This document shows positions 45,262 through 55,694 of a DNA stretch of 64,000 bases, piece after piece. The stretch's first letter is position 1. Each line of letters begins with the position of its first letter. The position numbers and the translations under genes were made by a program. The DNA comes from a virus. Location of the stretch: IMG/VR virus record IMGVR_UViG_3300002835_000013; one strand, written 5' to 3'. The notes beneath the pieces were generated by a model. It made no database searches, was not told where the DNA came from, and was given only the letters and a program-made list of their open reading frames with translations.

Positions 45262-47401
45262 GCTTCTTTGCTTTCCATGCTGTAGCGTAAGCAATAGACT
45301 TTTCTTTGGCAGTTAGACCGTCCTTAGAATAGCCTTTCTTGATGTGCTTTACCATGCGCTCAAACTTTGCGCCTGGAGGTGCCTTTTCTTCTAGTCTATC
45401 AGATACTCTTTCAAGACCTTTCTTTCTTTTCTTGATGGCGTGCTTGAACTTGCCTTCTGTGTCAAGGCCTTTTCTAACAACTTCTTTACTTACATTGCGG
45501 TCTGCTTTAGCCGCACTCTTGTATGCTTTGAGAGTTGCCTGCTTTAGTTCATCAATCTGTGTTTCTTCTTTAGCATGAACTTTTACATTCTTGCCTTTGA
45601 TCTTGTCTTTAGCAAGGTTAGGAGATAGCATTCCTTTACGAAAAGACTCGGGTGTTGCGTAATCCTTGTTTCGATCTTTCTTCTTCGCAAGGTAACTTCT
45701 AAGAGTCTTTTTAGAAACCTCATCAATCTGTTCTTCTTTGACTGGCACACAGTTAGGCACCTGGCGGCCGCCCTTCTTCTTCATGCCAACCATTTCATAA
45801 CCCTTCCAGCAAGGATCTTTATCTTCTTCCATCTTATTGGCAGCATACTTAGCAAACTTGATGCCTTGCTTGTTCTTCTTTTCGCCTTTATGGAATGCCT
45901 GAACATAAGAATACATATCAGGTTCTTTCTGGGCATCCTTCTTCATCTTATCGGACTTTACATAAGCATGATGGGCAGCACGGCTAGCAAGACCAGCGGA
46001 TACTTCATCAATCTTTTCTTCTTTTAGACGCTTATGTGCCATGGTTAGACCTTTTAGTCTTTTTCCAATGGTCTTTTCGTCTTTTGCCTTTTCTGATTCT
46101 GGTCTATCCTTAAACTTAGGTTTACCAAAAACGTCCGTCATATCTTTGCCGGCCCTTTCGTGAAAGCGGTCATCTTCTCTCTTACCAGCAGCATATGTAT
46201 AGGAGGCGTGTGCCCTCTTTCTATATCTGTTTGCTAGTTCCTTAGAGATTTCATCAATCTGGGTTTCTTCCATGTAAGCATTCTTAGGCATAGAAGCATT
46301 TACTTTTGCCTTGCCTTTCATCTTCTTATCAGCAAGAGCAATACCTTTTTCTCTTTTTCTTGCTAATGCCTTAGAAGGAGAAGGATCATCACCCATAGAT
46401 TTGGTGAACTTAGTTTCCCAAGTAGCATCGCCATGGGACTTTTCAGCACCTCTCTTATAGCGAACAAGTTTGCCTAGAGATACTTCGTCAAGTTCAACTT
46501 CTTCTTTTTGATTGGCACGCTTTGTCATTTTATCATACCAAGCTTGGCTTTTCTTTTTACCAGACCTGACAACATCTTTTATCTTATTCTTAGCAACGAT
46601 TTTTTGAATCGCTTTAGTTGAATCATCTTCGTCAATCTGCTTTTTCATCATAACTTTGATGGCAGACTGGGTGCTTGGTGAGTCTCCTTGGCTACAGTCG
46701 CAATCGTCTAGAACAGTATGTGCCTTTTCTTTTGGTGCAGCGGCCTTAGCAACTGCCTGACGGACGGCAGCATCGGTTTCTTCTCCAAAAACATCACCAA
46801 CTTTTTTACTAGGCGAATTACCCAAAAAATGACTTCTTGGATTTTTGGAATTTAATTCCTTCATCTTTTTCATCATTTCTTTTTTACTGCCCTGAGCAAC
46901 AATTTTTTTACTATCGGCATGAACAACTTTATGTGAAGTTGAATGACGAATCGCTTCTTCTAATGTTTCCTCAGCGACCATACTTTCAGCCGCACCAATC
47001 TTGGATTCTAGTTCTTTATCATCCACAATCTTGGCTTGTAGATAATACATGGAACCGACTAGATGATAGTGAAAGAAAAGATAATACTTGGCAGGAACTT
47101 GATTGATCCATTCACCTGTATCGGTGAAGCCCATCTTGTTACCAAACTGATTTACTTCCCATACTTCAATACCATGTCTACCCTCTAGATAGACTTTCTT
47201 TGGTAGATGAATGTGGAAATATGCTAGAGCCTTGCGAACCTTATTGAGTGAAGCATAAGGTGTTACACATGGTCTGGCAGCGATACCAGCTAGAATGCCA
47301 TTTACTTCGTCTCTAACGGCGTCACGCTCAATGTCGATGCCCCCACTAGCGAGGGCACCGATTGTGATTTCTTCGTTTAGGTGTTCACGGAAAGTTTTCA
47401 T
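45245..47401 (-). CDS. Probable internal head polyprotein with repeated (Q/K)IDE processing sites
   Basis: Capsid-targeting-like N-terminus MKTFREHLNE; Lys-rich modules separated by EE.QIDE. Confidence 0.7.
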   Translation of the reverse strand: MKTFREHLNEEITIGALASGGIDIERDAVRDEVNGILAGIAARPCVTPYASLNKVRKALAYFHIHLPKKVYLEGRHGIEVWEVNQFGNKMGFTDTGEWINQVPAKYYLFFHYHLVGSMYYLQAKIVDDKELESKIGAAESMVAEETLEEAIRHSTSHKVVHADSKKIVAQGSKKEMMKKMKELNSKNPRSHFLGNSPSKKVGDVFGEETDAAVRQAVAKAAAPKEKAHTVLDDCDCSQGDSPSTQSAIKVMMKKQIDEDDSTKAIQKIVAKNKIKDVVRSGKKKSQAWYDKMTKRANQKEEVELDEVSLGKLVRYKRGAEKSHGDATWETKFTKSMGDDPSPSKALARKREKGIALADKKMKGKAKVNASMPKNAYMEETQIDEISKELANRYRKRAHASYTYAAGKREDDRFHERAGKDMTDVFGKPKFKDRPESEKAKDEKTIGKRLKGLTMAHKRLKEEKIDEVSAGLASRAAHHAYVKSDKMKKDAQKEPDMYSYVQAFHKGEKKNKQGIKFAKYAANKMEEDKDPCWKGYEMVGMKKKGGRQVPNCVPVKEEQIDEVSKKTLRSYLAKKKDRNKDYATPESFRKGMLSPNLAKDKIKGKNVKVHAKEETQIDELKQATLKAYKSAAKADRNVSKEVVRKGLDTEGKFKHAIKKRKKGLERVSDRLEEKAPPGAKFERMVKHIKKGYSKDGLTAKEKSIAYATAWKAKKREENK

Positions 47402-47411
47402 ATAACTCTCC

Positions 47412-48023
47412 TTATGGTGTTGTTACGGCAGCGTTTGCGGATGTAACTGTGTTTGCTCCAGCTGCGGAAACTAGAACACGGAAGGTGTTTGCGTTTGCGA
47501 CTGCGGCATTTGCGACAAGAGTTGGTGAAGTATTGTTGAAGTAAACACCAGCTGTATTTGGAACAGATATCCAACCAGCACCAGCGTTACGCTGCCATGT
47601 ATAGGATAGTGTAGCGCCTGTTGGTGTTGATGCAGCAGCAACAGTTAGATTGACATTGCCGGCACCATTTGCGCTTGTTGGCTGTGTGGTAATGCGTAGT
47701 GTAAAGTCTGGGAAGTTAGTGTCATCGGAACCATCGGTAGCGATAGAACCTGTAGCAACTAGAACTTCGTATGTTACACGACCAGCACGAAGACCGGTGC
47801 CTTCTTTACGAAGAACCCAACCGGAGTGTGGGATTCTTGGATTAGCACGGACTTCGTTTGTGTCTACAGCAAACTGTCCGATTGCTAGATTTGTTGTGAT
47901 GGCAGACATGGTAACATTGCCATATAGATTGGCACGATTACCAGGTGTGGTTGCCTGATTGACCTGAATTGTTGCTGCAATGTCTGAATTGGCAGCGTTG
48001 TCTTTATTACCCCATAGTGGCAT
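47412..48023 (-). CDS. Virion protein with C-terminal Ig-like domain (head decoration-like)
   Basis: MPLWG start, H.GWV, R...E.LVA, ITTQP...LSY.WQ Ig-like domain. Confidence 0.7.
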   Translation of the reverse strand: MPLWGNKDNAANSDIAATIQVNQATTPGNRANLYGNVTMSAITTNLAIGQFAVDTNEVRANPRIPHSGWVLRKEGTGLRAGRVTYEVLVATGSIATDGSDDTNFPDFTLRITTQPTSANGAGNVNLTVAAASTPTGATLSYTWQRNAGAGWISVPNTAGVYFNNTSPTLVANAAVANANTFRVLVSAAGANTVTSANAAVTTP

Positions 48024-48201
48024 TGTAGTTTCCTTTAGTTAGTTAGAGAGGTGTTCTGCATACCCTGTTTTGCTGGATCCAATTCTACAGGATCAGCGGG
48101 TTTGCCCGTCTCGGTTGTATTTGCTTTTATTTGTTGTCTCTTAGAGAGGACTTTTTTACGATCCTCTCTTACGAGTTTCTTTACATCATACGGATGTTTC
48201 A

Positions 48202-48927
48202 TCATACTATCCTATATTTATTTGCACCAACGGACACGACAGACTCAGCAATTTGACTATTTTGAGAAGTTCTGTTCTTTGCCTCTTTTTCATTATCAAG
48301 ACCAGCACCACCTTGATGCCTTGATCCACTTACAGGTGAATTGGTACGATCAAGAGGATCACTCTCTCTACCATAATTAGGAGTCATAGCATCCGAGCCA
48401 CCTTTTGGTGTAGTGACTGCTGTAGATGCTCCAGGAACGCTACTATCTGTTCTTGGTGTTGCTGGAGCGGGTGCTGCTGACTGCTCTGGACCTTGTGCTT
48501 TTTCAGCCTTTGAAGGATCAAAGGCCTTTAGTCCCTTAGGATCAAGTCTCTTTTGAATAACAGAAGGATCATTTGCACCACCCTTACGTGCTGTCAATCC
48601 TTTAAGATCATTCATATACTGACCTAAGGTAGCATTCGGATTACCTACGTTTTTTCTATATGTATCTAGATCAGACTTAGAAACAACGCCGGGTTTTGTT
48701 GCTGTTGATGCAGCAGGCGGTCTTGTAGTTGTGCCAAGACTAGTAGGTCTTACTGGTGGACGTGGAGCCATAGTTACTGATCCGCTACCACCAGCATTAG
48801 TCGATCCCGCAGGTCTAATGTTTTGTGAGCCTACTGCCTGTGTGCGTCCAACTTGTGCTGCGGCCGGCGCCGCTGGCTTTGGCATACTATTTAATTTAGC
48901 CAACGCTTGTGCGGCCGTAGGTCTCAT
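48202..48927 (-). CDS. Low-complexity Pro/Ala/Ser-rich protein, possibly a frameshift extension of the upstream ORF
   Basis: No clear RBS; frame stays open into the 3' end of 48963-50291. Confidence 0.55.
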   Translation of the reverse strand: MRPTAAQALAKLNSMPKPAAPAAAQVGRTQAVGSQNIRPAGSTNAGGSGSVTMAPRPPVRPTSLGTTTRPPAASTATKPGVVSKSDLDTYRKNVGNPNATLGQYMNDLKGLTARKGGANDPSVIQKRLDPKGLKAFDPSKAEKAQGPEQSAAPAPATPRTDSSVPGASTAVTTPKGGSDAMTPNYGRESDPLDRTNSPVSGSRHQGGAGLDNEKEAKNRTSQNSQIAESVVSVGANKYRIV

Positions 48928-48962
48928 TTGCTCGGATACCGACTTACCCGTTTCCGGTGCGC

Positions 48963-50291
48963 CTAGAAAGACGAATCTTCCTTCATATGCTTGGCACGGA
49001 TTCTCTTTAGAATAGCACCGGCAACTTTCTTGCCACGCTCTTCGGATCCATACTTCTCACCAGCTTTAGCAGCAATCTTAGAGAACATCTTGCCTGGCTT
49101 ACCAATATCTTTACCAGCACGGGCAGCCTTTGCTGAATATGCCGCTTCGTCAAGTTCATAACCTTCTGGTAGATTTGGTTTTGTATGTTTTCCAAGACGA
49201 CTTTTGATATCGGCCTTTGTGTCTTTGGTTGCAGACTTAGTAAGTTTGCCTTTTTTAGTAAAATGGCCTGAATATCCATCCTTATGAAAATCTGTATTGC
49301 TAACATCAGGAAGTTTTGCTTTTCCTGTTGGCTTTTGATTTCTTGCACTCTTGCCAGGAAGATTCTTTTCTTTCCATCTATAAAGACGATTACTTCTATT
49401 CCAGTTGCCATCCATGTCATCATGCGTTTCTGCACGACGATATGCCTGCATTGCTGTCTTAGCAGTTGGCTTCTTTAGTTCATCAATCTGTATTTCTTCT
49501 TTAGCAAGTTTTCTATATTCCTTTGCCTTGTTCTTAGCAGCCTTAAGATCGGACGATGCCTTGGCACGATCCATCAAAGCCGATGCACGACCTCTCTTAG
49601 CTGCGGATTTTTCTGCACTTCTTTCATGCCCAACTGCCTTCCCATAATGACGCTCGAATTTTTCATCATCGTCTTTTTCATCAGCCTTGTCAGCTTCACC
49701 ATGATGAAAATTGGCTCTGGCTTTATGTGTTTGATAGTCGTCAGAATGTTTGCGACGAATATCTGGTAACTTACCCTTACCATAAAGTTCATCGATCTGT
49801 TCTTCTTCCATCTTGCCTGCCATCTTAGCAGCACGGAAGCGAGAACCCCAAACTTCGTCCTTTGGAGACTCTATCTTGCCGTCCTTGTCATAGTCTTTGT
49901 CGGCTTTTTCTTCTTTGGTAACACCCTGCTTCATAAGTTTGCGACCATGTTTTAGCATACTTACGGGAGCATTGTAGTTATTGTTGCGACCTTCGGGATT
50001 ATCGTGACCGAGTTTCATAGCAACGGCATCACGCTTACGACGATTTATATCATCTTTCTTTGGACGATCACGTATTTCATCAATCTGTTCACCTTCCTTC
50101 ATGCACTTATATGCTTCCTCAAGGCGAGCATCATAAGCAGCAAGATCCTCACGGACAACTGCCTTACGAGAATAGACACCGAACTCCTCGTTTACAAGGG
50201 CTTCGGCCTTACGACGAATCTCACCATCCTGCATGGCGGACTGGACTGCTTCTAATAGCGGGTCCTTCTTTGTTAGAAATGGATTACTCAT
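48963..50291 (-). CDS. Probable internal head polyprotein with QIDE/LDE-delimited modules
   Basis: GEQIDE, EEEQIDE, EIQIDE, YELDE junctions between basic modules. Confidence 0.7.
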   Translation of the reverse strand: MSNPFLTKKDPLLEAVQSAMQDGEIRRKAEALVNEEFGVYSRKAVVREDLAAYDARLEEAYKCMKEGEQIDEIRDRPKKDDINRRKRDAVAMKLGHDNPEGRNNNYNAPVSMLKHGRKLMKQGVTKEEKADKDYDKDGKIESPKDEVWGSRFRAAKMAGKMEEEQIDELYGKGKLPDIRRKHSDDYQTHKARANFHHGEADKADEKDDDEKFERHYGKAVGHERSAEKSAAKRGRASALMDRAKASSDLKAAKNKAKEYRKLAKEEIQIDELKKPTAKTAMQAYRRAETHDDMDGNWNRSNRLYRWKEKNLPGKSARNQKPTGKAKLPDVSNTDFHKDGYSGHFTKKGKLTKSATKDTKADIKSRLGKHTKPNLPEGYELDEAAYSAKAARAGKDIGKPGKMFSKIAAKAGEKYGSEERGKKVAGAILKRIRAKHMKEDSSF

Positions 50292-50334
50292 TTTTGTTTC
50301 CCTTTTAGTTTCTTATAATATAGAAAACTCTATC

Positions 50335-52338
50335 TTATTTAGTCTTTTTGTATTTTCTTTTTCCAAACAATGCTGTTTTTTCAAACTCTGCGTTCACATC
50401 AGGTTTTACTTCATCTTGACTCATTGTGTTTGGAGTCATGCCCATTGATCCCATATAAGGGTCAATCAGGCTTTCTTTTCTCACTTTTTCAGCCGTTTCT
50501 TTCATCTTTTCTTCGGCTAGTTTGCCATACTTTGCTTTGAATCTTCTACGAGTTTCTTCTTTCATCATCCAACGGTCAATAGGAGACCATAGCTGATTTG
50601 GTTCACCAGTAATGAAAGGATTATCATCGCTTGTTATATCACCGACAAATGAAGGATTCTTGGCAGAGGTAAATGTCTGACCAAGGCGATCCGCTTTGAT
50701 GGGTAGATTGCCAAAGACTTTAGTTTCATAATAACCCATATCTCTTGTCTTACCTGGCTCCTGACCTGGCGTATCTTTCTTATAACGATCTGTTAGCTTA
50801 GGTGTGCCCCAGTTTCCTGCGCCACCTACTGGATTGCTCTTTGCCTTTGGTGAGAAGTCCGAATACTGTTCTAGCATATTCTCAAAGCGGCGGTCCATAT
50901 CACTGGATAGAAACTCTTCCACTTCTTTGGAAATGGAGTCAACGAACTTATTGTATGTCTCAACAATAGTATTGGCGTCAAGGTCATTCTTTACCTCAAT
51001 AACCTTCTCAAATAGCTGGTCATAACGATTTAGATTGAACTGTGCCTTGCTCCACTTTTCATAACGCTTTTCTTCGGCAATGACACGACCACCAGTGGTT
51101 GACCTTGCTTCGTTACGCTGTCTGGATACATCATTGCTGGTATTCACAAATAGCATAATCGTCTTGTAACCGGCACTCTCAAGGATATTCTTGATTTGTC
51201 TTGTTGCTTCATAGTCTGCCATGGTGCCATTGACTACAAGATTATCACCATTACACTCTTTGATGGAAAACTTGTTATCTGATACTTCTCTAAAGCCATG
51301 TGGTAGAATAGCTTCTTTTAGTATCTTGTCTTTGCCTGAACCAGGAACACCACCAAGAACGATTGCCTTATGTTCTATAACATATGACTTACCAAACATA
51401 TCTGGATTAGCCTTGCCGAACCAACGCATTACTTTACCTGCTTCCGAGTTTGCTTCGTTTTCAATATCTGAACCAGTTGAGCCTTCTTGCTTGATATCTT
51501 TACCGAGTCTACCATCTTCGTTTTGTTTGTGATGGACCAGTTCATGTGCGACAGTTCTAAAGATGTCCATTGGATGACGATTCTTTGTCATAACGATTAG
51601 CTTCTTCTCACCTGGTGAATAACCACCAAATGATGGCTGGTCGCCGTGATCGTCAGCTTCTTTGTATTCTATTTCAGGAGGTTCTACAATGCCAAGTTTG
51701 CCGACAGTAAAGTCAATAAAACTTTTCAGCATACCATCAAACTCTTTGCGAGATAGATCCTCGGTTAGAGTATCTTCTTTGAGATATGATTTGGCTGCGG
51801 TGAAAATCTTCTTGGCTAATGCTCTATCGGCGGTAGGTGCGGTCTTCATAAACTCGCCAAACTTGCCACCACGGATATATTCACGCATCTGTGTTCCAGA
51901 TACGCCTGCCTTACGACCGCCAGAGTTGATTACATCAAAGCGTCTAAAGGCATAGTTTTTGTTCTTATCAAACTTTGGATTGTCTCTAGGCAGAACATAT
52001 TTGCCAATGCTATTCTTGAACTCTGCTACACGGTCACCACCTGTAATCATTGTCACATCTTCGACGCCTTCATCGGAGAGTTTTTTACAAATAGCAAATG
52101 CGGTTGTAGCATTTGGATCGTCAACGATATTGATGCCAGGGAATAGCTGGCGAAGAAACATTACTTTTTGCTGATATGGAAGAGGATTCTTTTTAGGATC
52201 CCAGGACTTGGAGGTATAAACTCTAAACTCGGCGCCAATCTTTCTAGCATAGTTAGCACCGAAGTGGATCATTTCAGCATGGCCTTTTGTAGGTACCTGG
52301 AAACGTCCGAAAATGAATACAACTTTTTTATTGAACAT
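50335..52338 (-). CDS. Multidomain protein: cytidylyltransferase-like NTase, zincin peptidase, P-loop kinase
   Basis: FGRFQ.PTKGH...SGT.MR; AHELVH; GGVPGSGKD. Confidence 0.8.
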   Translation of the reverse strand: MFNKKVVFIFGRFQVPTKGHAEMIHFGANYARKIGAEFRVYTSKSWDPKKNPLPYQQKVMFLRQLFPGINIVDDPNATTAFAICKKLSDEGVEDVTMITGGDRVAEFKNSIGKYVLPRDNPKFDKNKNYAFRRFDVINSGGRKAGVSGTQMREYIRGGKFGEFMKTAPTADRALAKKIFTAAKSYLKEDTLTEDLSRKEFDGMLKSFIDFTVGKLGIVEPPEIEYKEADDHGDQPSFGGYSPGEKKLIVMTKNRHPMDIFRTVAHELVHHKQNEDGRLGKDIKQEGSTGSDIENEANSEAGKVMRWFGKANPDMFGKSYVIEHKAIVLGGVPGSGKDKILKEAILPHGFREVSDNKFSIKECNGDNLVVNGTMADYEATRQIKNILESAGYKTIMLFVNTSNDVSRQRNEARSTTGGRVIAEEKRYEKWSKAQFNLNRYDQLFEKVIEVKNDLDANTIVETYNKFVDSISKEVEEFLSSDMDRRFENMLEQYSDFSPKAKSNPVGGAGNWGTPKLTDRYKKDTPGQEPGKTRDMGYYETKVFGNLPIKADRLGQTFTSAKNPSFVGDITSDDNPFITGEPNQLWSPIDRWMMKEETRRRFKAKYGKLAEEKMKETAEKVRKESLIDPYMGSMGMTPNTMSQDEVKPDVNAEFEKTALFGKRKYKKTK

Positions 52339-52457
52339 ACTCGCTCCCTCTGCGGGTTTATTTGCTTATTTATATAACTTTTTCTTTCTTGCCTCTTTTA
52401 CTATCTTACGAATAGTTTTGACGATAGGCGTAGGCTTCTTTTCGGGTTCCTTTTTCA

Positions 52458-53699
52458 TTACTTGCCCCAGTTCTTTACAGCCAGGAAGTTGGCTCTACTA
52501 AACTCCATACGATCCACTAGTTTGACAGCATCACCACCAGTTGACCAAGCAGCCACATATCCTTCTGGAGTTGTTACTTTATAGCCACCATCGGCTGTAT
52601 GTAAGAATGTGCCTAGATCATTCACCATGTTGAACTTGGCAATCAGTAGCATCTTGGCATCAATCAATAGATTTTGAAGCTGGAATATCTTCTTTAGATC
52701 GGAAGCATTCTGGCGATACCATCTAAGGATCATATCTCTTTCAGCCTTGCGCTTTGCTTTAGTCGCTGGCATCTTGGCGTCGTCTATTTGCTTTTGATAC
52801 TTGTCGCCAACCCATTTGATTAGCTGTGCCGTATGGCCCGCACCCATATGTTCACCAGCACGAATGCGCTGATTATAGAAGGACATAATCTGGATTCTTT
52901 GTGTTTCGTTTGTAGCAATGAAGTTCATTAGTGAGGCAGGTATTGTTCTGAATAGTGAACCAGCTTGTGATAGAATGCCTGTTAGTCTAGCATTCTCTGC
53001 CTTTGTAAGAGTAGCACGACCAGTAACATCAACAAACTTATTTGATCTATACCACACATTTCGTGATGGATTGAAGTTATTTACATTGATATCAAAATGT
53101 GTCTGGAGAGTCTGCATCGTCTTGCCATGATATGTGGTATGAAATACGATACCAATCTTGGCCGCTCTGACTTGCTGTGCCAGTTTAGAATCGGCAGGAA
53201 CAGCATATGTGATTGTATTAGGACGGAATGTGATATACTTCTTGCCGTCGATTGTCTCGTCCTTTAGTTCGCTTTTGGAGAACATAAAGTCGCCATGAAC
53301 GATACCTTTGATGCCTAGTTCTGGTAGATACTTTAGAGCGGCAGACAGTTTATCAGCCAGACCGCCTTGGTGATTGGCTCTAACATCGGCTTCTGTATAG
53401 TTTAGTTTAGCATTCTTGGCGAAGATAGACTTTGAGCCAACAAAGAACTTTCCGTTTTCAGGATTGATACCGGCATAGATAGCAGGAGCGCCGTCGAACT
53501 TAGTTCTAAGAATAAGGCCGCCTCTTGCTTCTGATAGAGTCTGACCATCATCGGCAAACATATCTCTAAGGGAGATTAGGAACTGAATAGCGTTGCGAGT
53601 GCCAGCAACACCACCTTCCAGAACGGCGTCCTCAATATGTGTTAGATGGCGATCCTTTTCGGCCGCTGCTTCTGTAATATACTGTGAAAGTCTAATCAC
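52458..53699 (-). CDS. Conserved T4-like protein with ATP-dependent ligase-like nucleotidyltransferase motifs
   Basis: HL.H.ED, KFDG, GD.MF, FHT, EGYV, VKLVDR.EFS; N-terminus MIRLSQYITE. Confidence 0.65.
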   Translation of the reverse strand: MIRLSQYITEAAAEKDRHLTHIEDAVLEGGVAGTRNAIQFLISLRDMFADDGQTLSEARGGLILRTKFDGAPAIYAGINPENGKFFVGSKSIFAKNAKLNYTEADVRANHQGGLADKLSAALKYLPELGIKGIVHGDFMFSKSELKDETIDGKKYITFRPNTITYAVPADSKLAQQVRAAKIGIVFHTTYHGKTMQTLQTHFDINVNNFNPSRNVWYRSNKFVDVTGRATLTKAENARLTGILSQAGSLFRTIPASLMNFIATNETQRIQIMSFYNQRIRAGEHMGAGHTAQLIKWVGDKYQKQIDDAKMPATKAKRKAERDMILRWYRQNASDLKKIFQLQNLLIDAKMLLIAKFNMVNDLGTFLHTADGGYKVTTPEGYVAAWSTGGDAVKLVDRMEFSRANFLAVKNWGK

Positions 53700-53711
53700 A
53701 AATGAATCCTC

Positions 53712-54794
53712 TTATTTGAATCTAACGATCTTAAACTTAGTATCGTTTGGATATTCTTGTGCTTTACTATTTCTTAGTTCGATTGTATATTCCGCAGAAG
53801 GTGTTGAACAGTAAATAGTAATCTGTTTTGATCCAGTGTTAGGATAGTTTACTTTTGTAACCGTCATGTTTTCGGTCAACGATTTTAATTTTGAACCATC
53901 CATCCAAAAAACTTTCCAATCGGTAGCATTTATCTTTCTCACATAAAAGTAATTCATACCCCACGCTCTTTCGAAAATAGCTTTCATCTCTTTTGGATTA
54001 GGTGTAGCAACTTTTAGCTTAGGACGTTTCTTTTTTATTTTATTTCTTTCATCAAAGCCTTCTTGGACTTTATTCAAATCAACACCAAAAGAGTTTAAAA
54101 ACTTAGCACCAGCTGAATCAGGTTGTAAAGTTCCTGTAGCATCAAACAAAGAAGCAGCACCTGAGTAAGAACTAAATGTTGCTCCGTTCACATCTTTCAG
54201 TGAGATAAACCACTTTTTACTACGTGAATCCTCAATAACAATGTCACCAATAATTGCTCCCAAATCAGCAGTCGCTACTCCTTCTTTTTTCGTTGAACCT
54301 GTTCTTTGTGTCACAGATTTAATTTCATTTACGCCAAACGCAGGATTCGACTGAATGAGTTTTTCCACAAGTTGCTGATATGTTTTATTTACACCTTTAC
54401 TTTTAAAGAATCTTGCCAGATCAGTGATAGTTTTCTTCTCGAAATTCTCACCTTTGTTGGCACCCTTTGCTATAACGGCATCGAACTTCATACTCTCATA
54501 TGTAAAAGATACTGAAGGATATTTGCTACTATTTGGTGAAATATTATTATATGTTATTTTTGTGACGCCAGCAGCCTTTAAATCTTTCATGATTGCTGCC
54601 TTTAGCGCCTCGGACGTATCCTTACCAGTATTAATCAACTGTAATCTAAACTCTCTTACCATTGAGTTGGTCTTAGACGGCTTTCCTAGTTTTTGTGTAG
54701 GAGCCACTTGAAAGTTATACTTTTTAGAAACACTATTCAAGAGACCTGCAACTTCGCTTATAATAGTTTTCGAGTCTGGTTTCTTAACAGCCAA
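53712..54794 (-). CDS. Hypothetical protein, possible PD-(D/E)XK nuclease
   Basis: G..FE, GDIVI....ISLK; AT-rich codon usage. Confidence 0.5.
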   Translation of the reverse strand: MAVKKPDSKTIISEVAGLLNSVSKKYNFQVAPTQKLGKPSKTNSMVREFRLQLINTGKDTSEALKAAIMKDLKAAGVTKITYNNISPNSSKYPSVSFTYESMKFDAVIAKGANKGENFEKKTITDLARFFKSKGVNKTYQQLVEKLIQSNPAFGVNEIKSVTQRTGSTKKEGVATADLGAIIGDIVIEDSRSKKWFISLKDVNGATFSSYSGAASLFDATGTLQPDSAGAKFLNSFGVDLNKVQEGFDERNKIKKKRPKLKVATPNPKEMKAIFERAWGMNYFYVRKINATDWKVFWMDGSKLKSLTENMTVTKVNYPNTGSKQITIYCSTPSAEYTIELRNSKAQEYPNDTKFKIVRFK

Positions 54795-54813
54795 AAAAAT
54801 ACTCCTAATTTTA

Positions 54814-55068
54814 TCATCTAGGAGTATTTAGTCTTTTTCTTATCAAATAGATCCACAGTCGAATAGCACCAACACATCTGTCATATATGTCTCGGATAGA
54901 CCAAAAGTTCTTATTCAACTGTAGTCGCATTCTGTGATTGTCTTCTTCCAGTCTGGCAATAGTATATGCTGCCTTTCGTGGCACAGAATGACAATGGACT
55001 GAGTTGTGTTTCTCAACCCAGTCCGCTAGTTCATGTAGTTGTTCGATTAGTTCTTGATTGTCGCTCAT
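54814..55068 (-). CDS. Hypothetical protein
   Basis: Coupled ORF. Confidence 0.55.
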   Translation of the reverse strand: MSDNQELIEQLHELADWVEKHNSVHCHSVPRKAAYTIARLEEDNHRMRLQLNKNFWSIRDIYDRCVGAIRLWIYLIRKRLNTPR

Positions 55069-55694
55069 TCTTCCTCAATAAACTTGATTAAGTCAGCGGG
55101 TTTCACCATGATGAACTTTTCGTTGGCATACTTCTTGGCAATCTTTTCGGCAACTCTCTTACTGGCTTCTTTTTGATTTTCCGCCCGCATTAGTGTCGCA
55201 GAAGTTTTTGCTTTTGCCAATTCTCTTTCTAGAGTAAGTATCTTATCCTCATAGCTTTTCTTTTCAAGAGGCTGAAAATTCTTCTGAAAGCCTAGCCAAA
55301 ACTCACGGATAGCATCATCACGCCCGACGCCTACTGGTATGGCAATGTCTCCGGTTTTGAGATTTAAAGCTATATCACCCAGACTCGTTTGTATTGTAAT
55401 ATGTCTAGGTTGATCGTTTTGGATAGATGAGGTTATCATTGCGGATCCCGATGATACATCGACATCAAACGGTTCTCCATTATAGACAATCGACGGATTA
55501 TATGGTGCGCCAACTGCTCCTGCCGCTCCTACAGAAGCCATCTTTAAAGCATTATCTAGTACCGTTTCTAAATCACCGTTGTTTCTAGCTATATCTATTC
55601 TATCAACAGTGACACCAGAAATATGACGATACGAATCTGTCATAACATCGTATGACCAATCTTTTCTCTTCTGTGCGGTTCTCAATGTTGTCAT
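55065..55694 (-). CDS. Hypothetical protein
   Basis: Coupled ORF. Confidence 0.6.
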   Translation of the reverse strand: MTTLRTAQKRKDWSYDVMTDSYRHISGVTVDRIDIARNNGDLETVLDNALKMASVGAAGAVGAPYNPSIVYNGEPFDVDVSSGSAMITSSIQNDQPRHITIQTSLGDIALNLKTGDIAIPVGVGRDDAIREFWLGFQKNFQPLEKKSYEDKILTLERELAKAKTSATLMRAENQKEASKRVAEKIAKKYANEKFIMVKPADLIKFIEEE

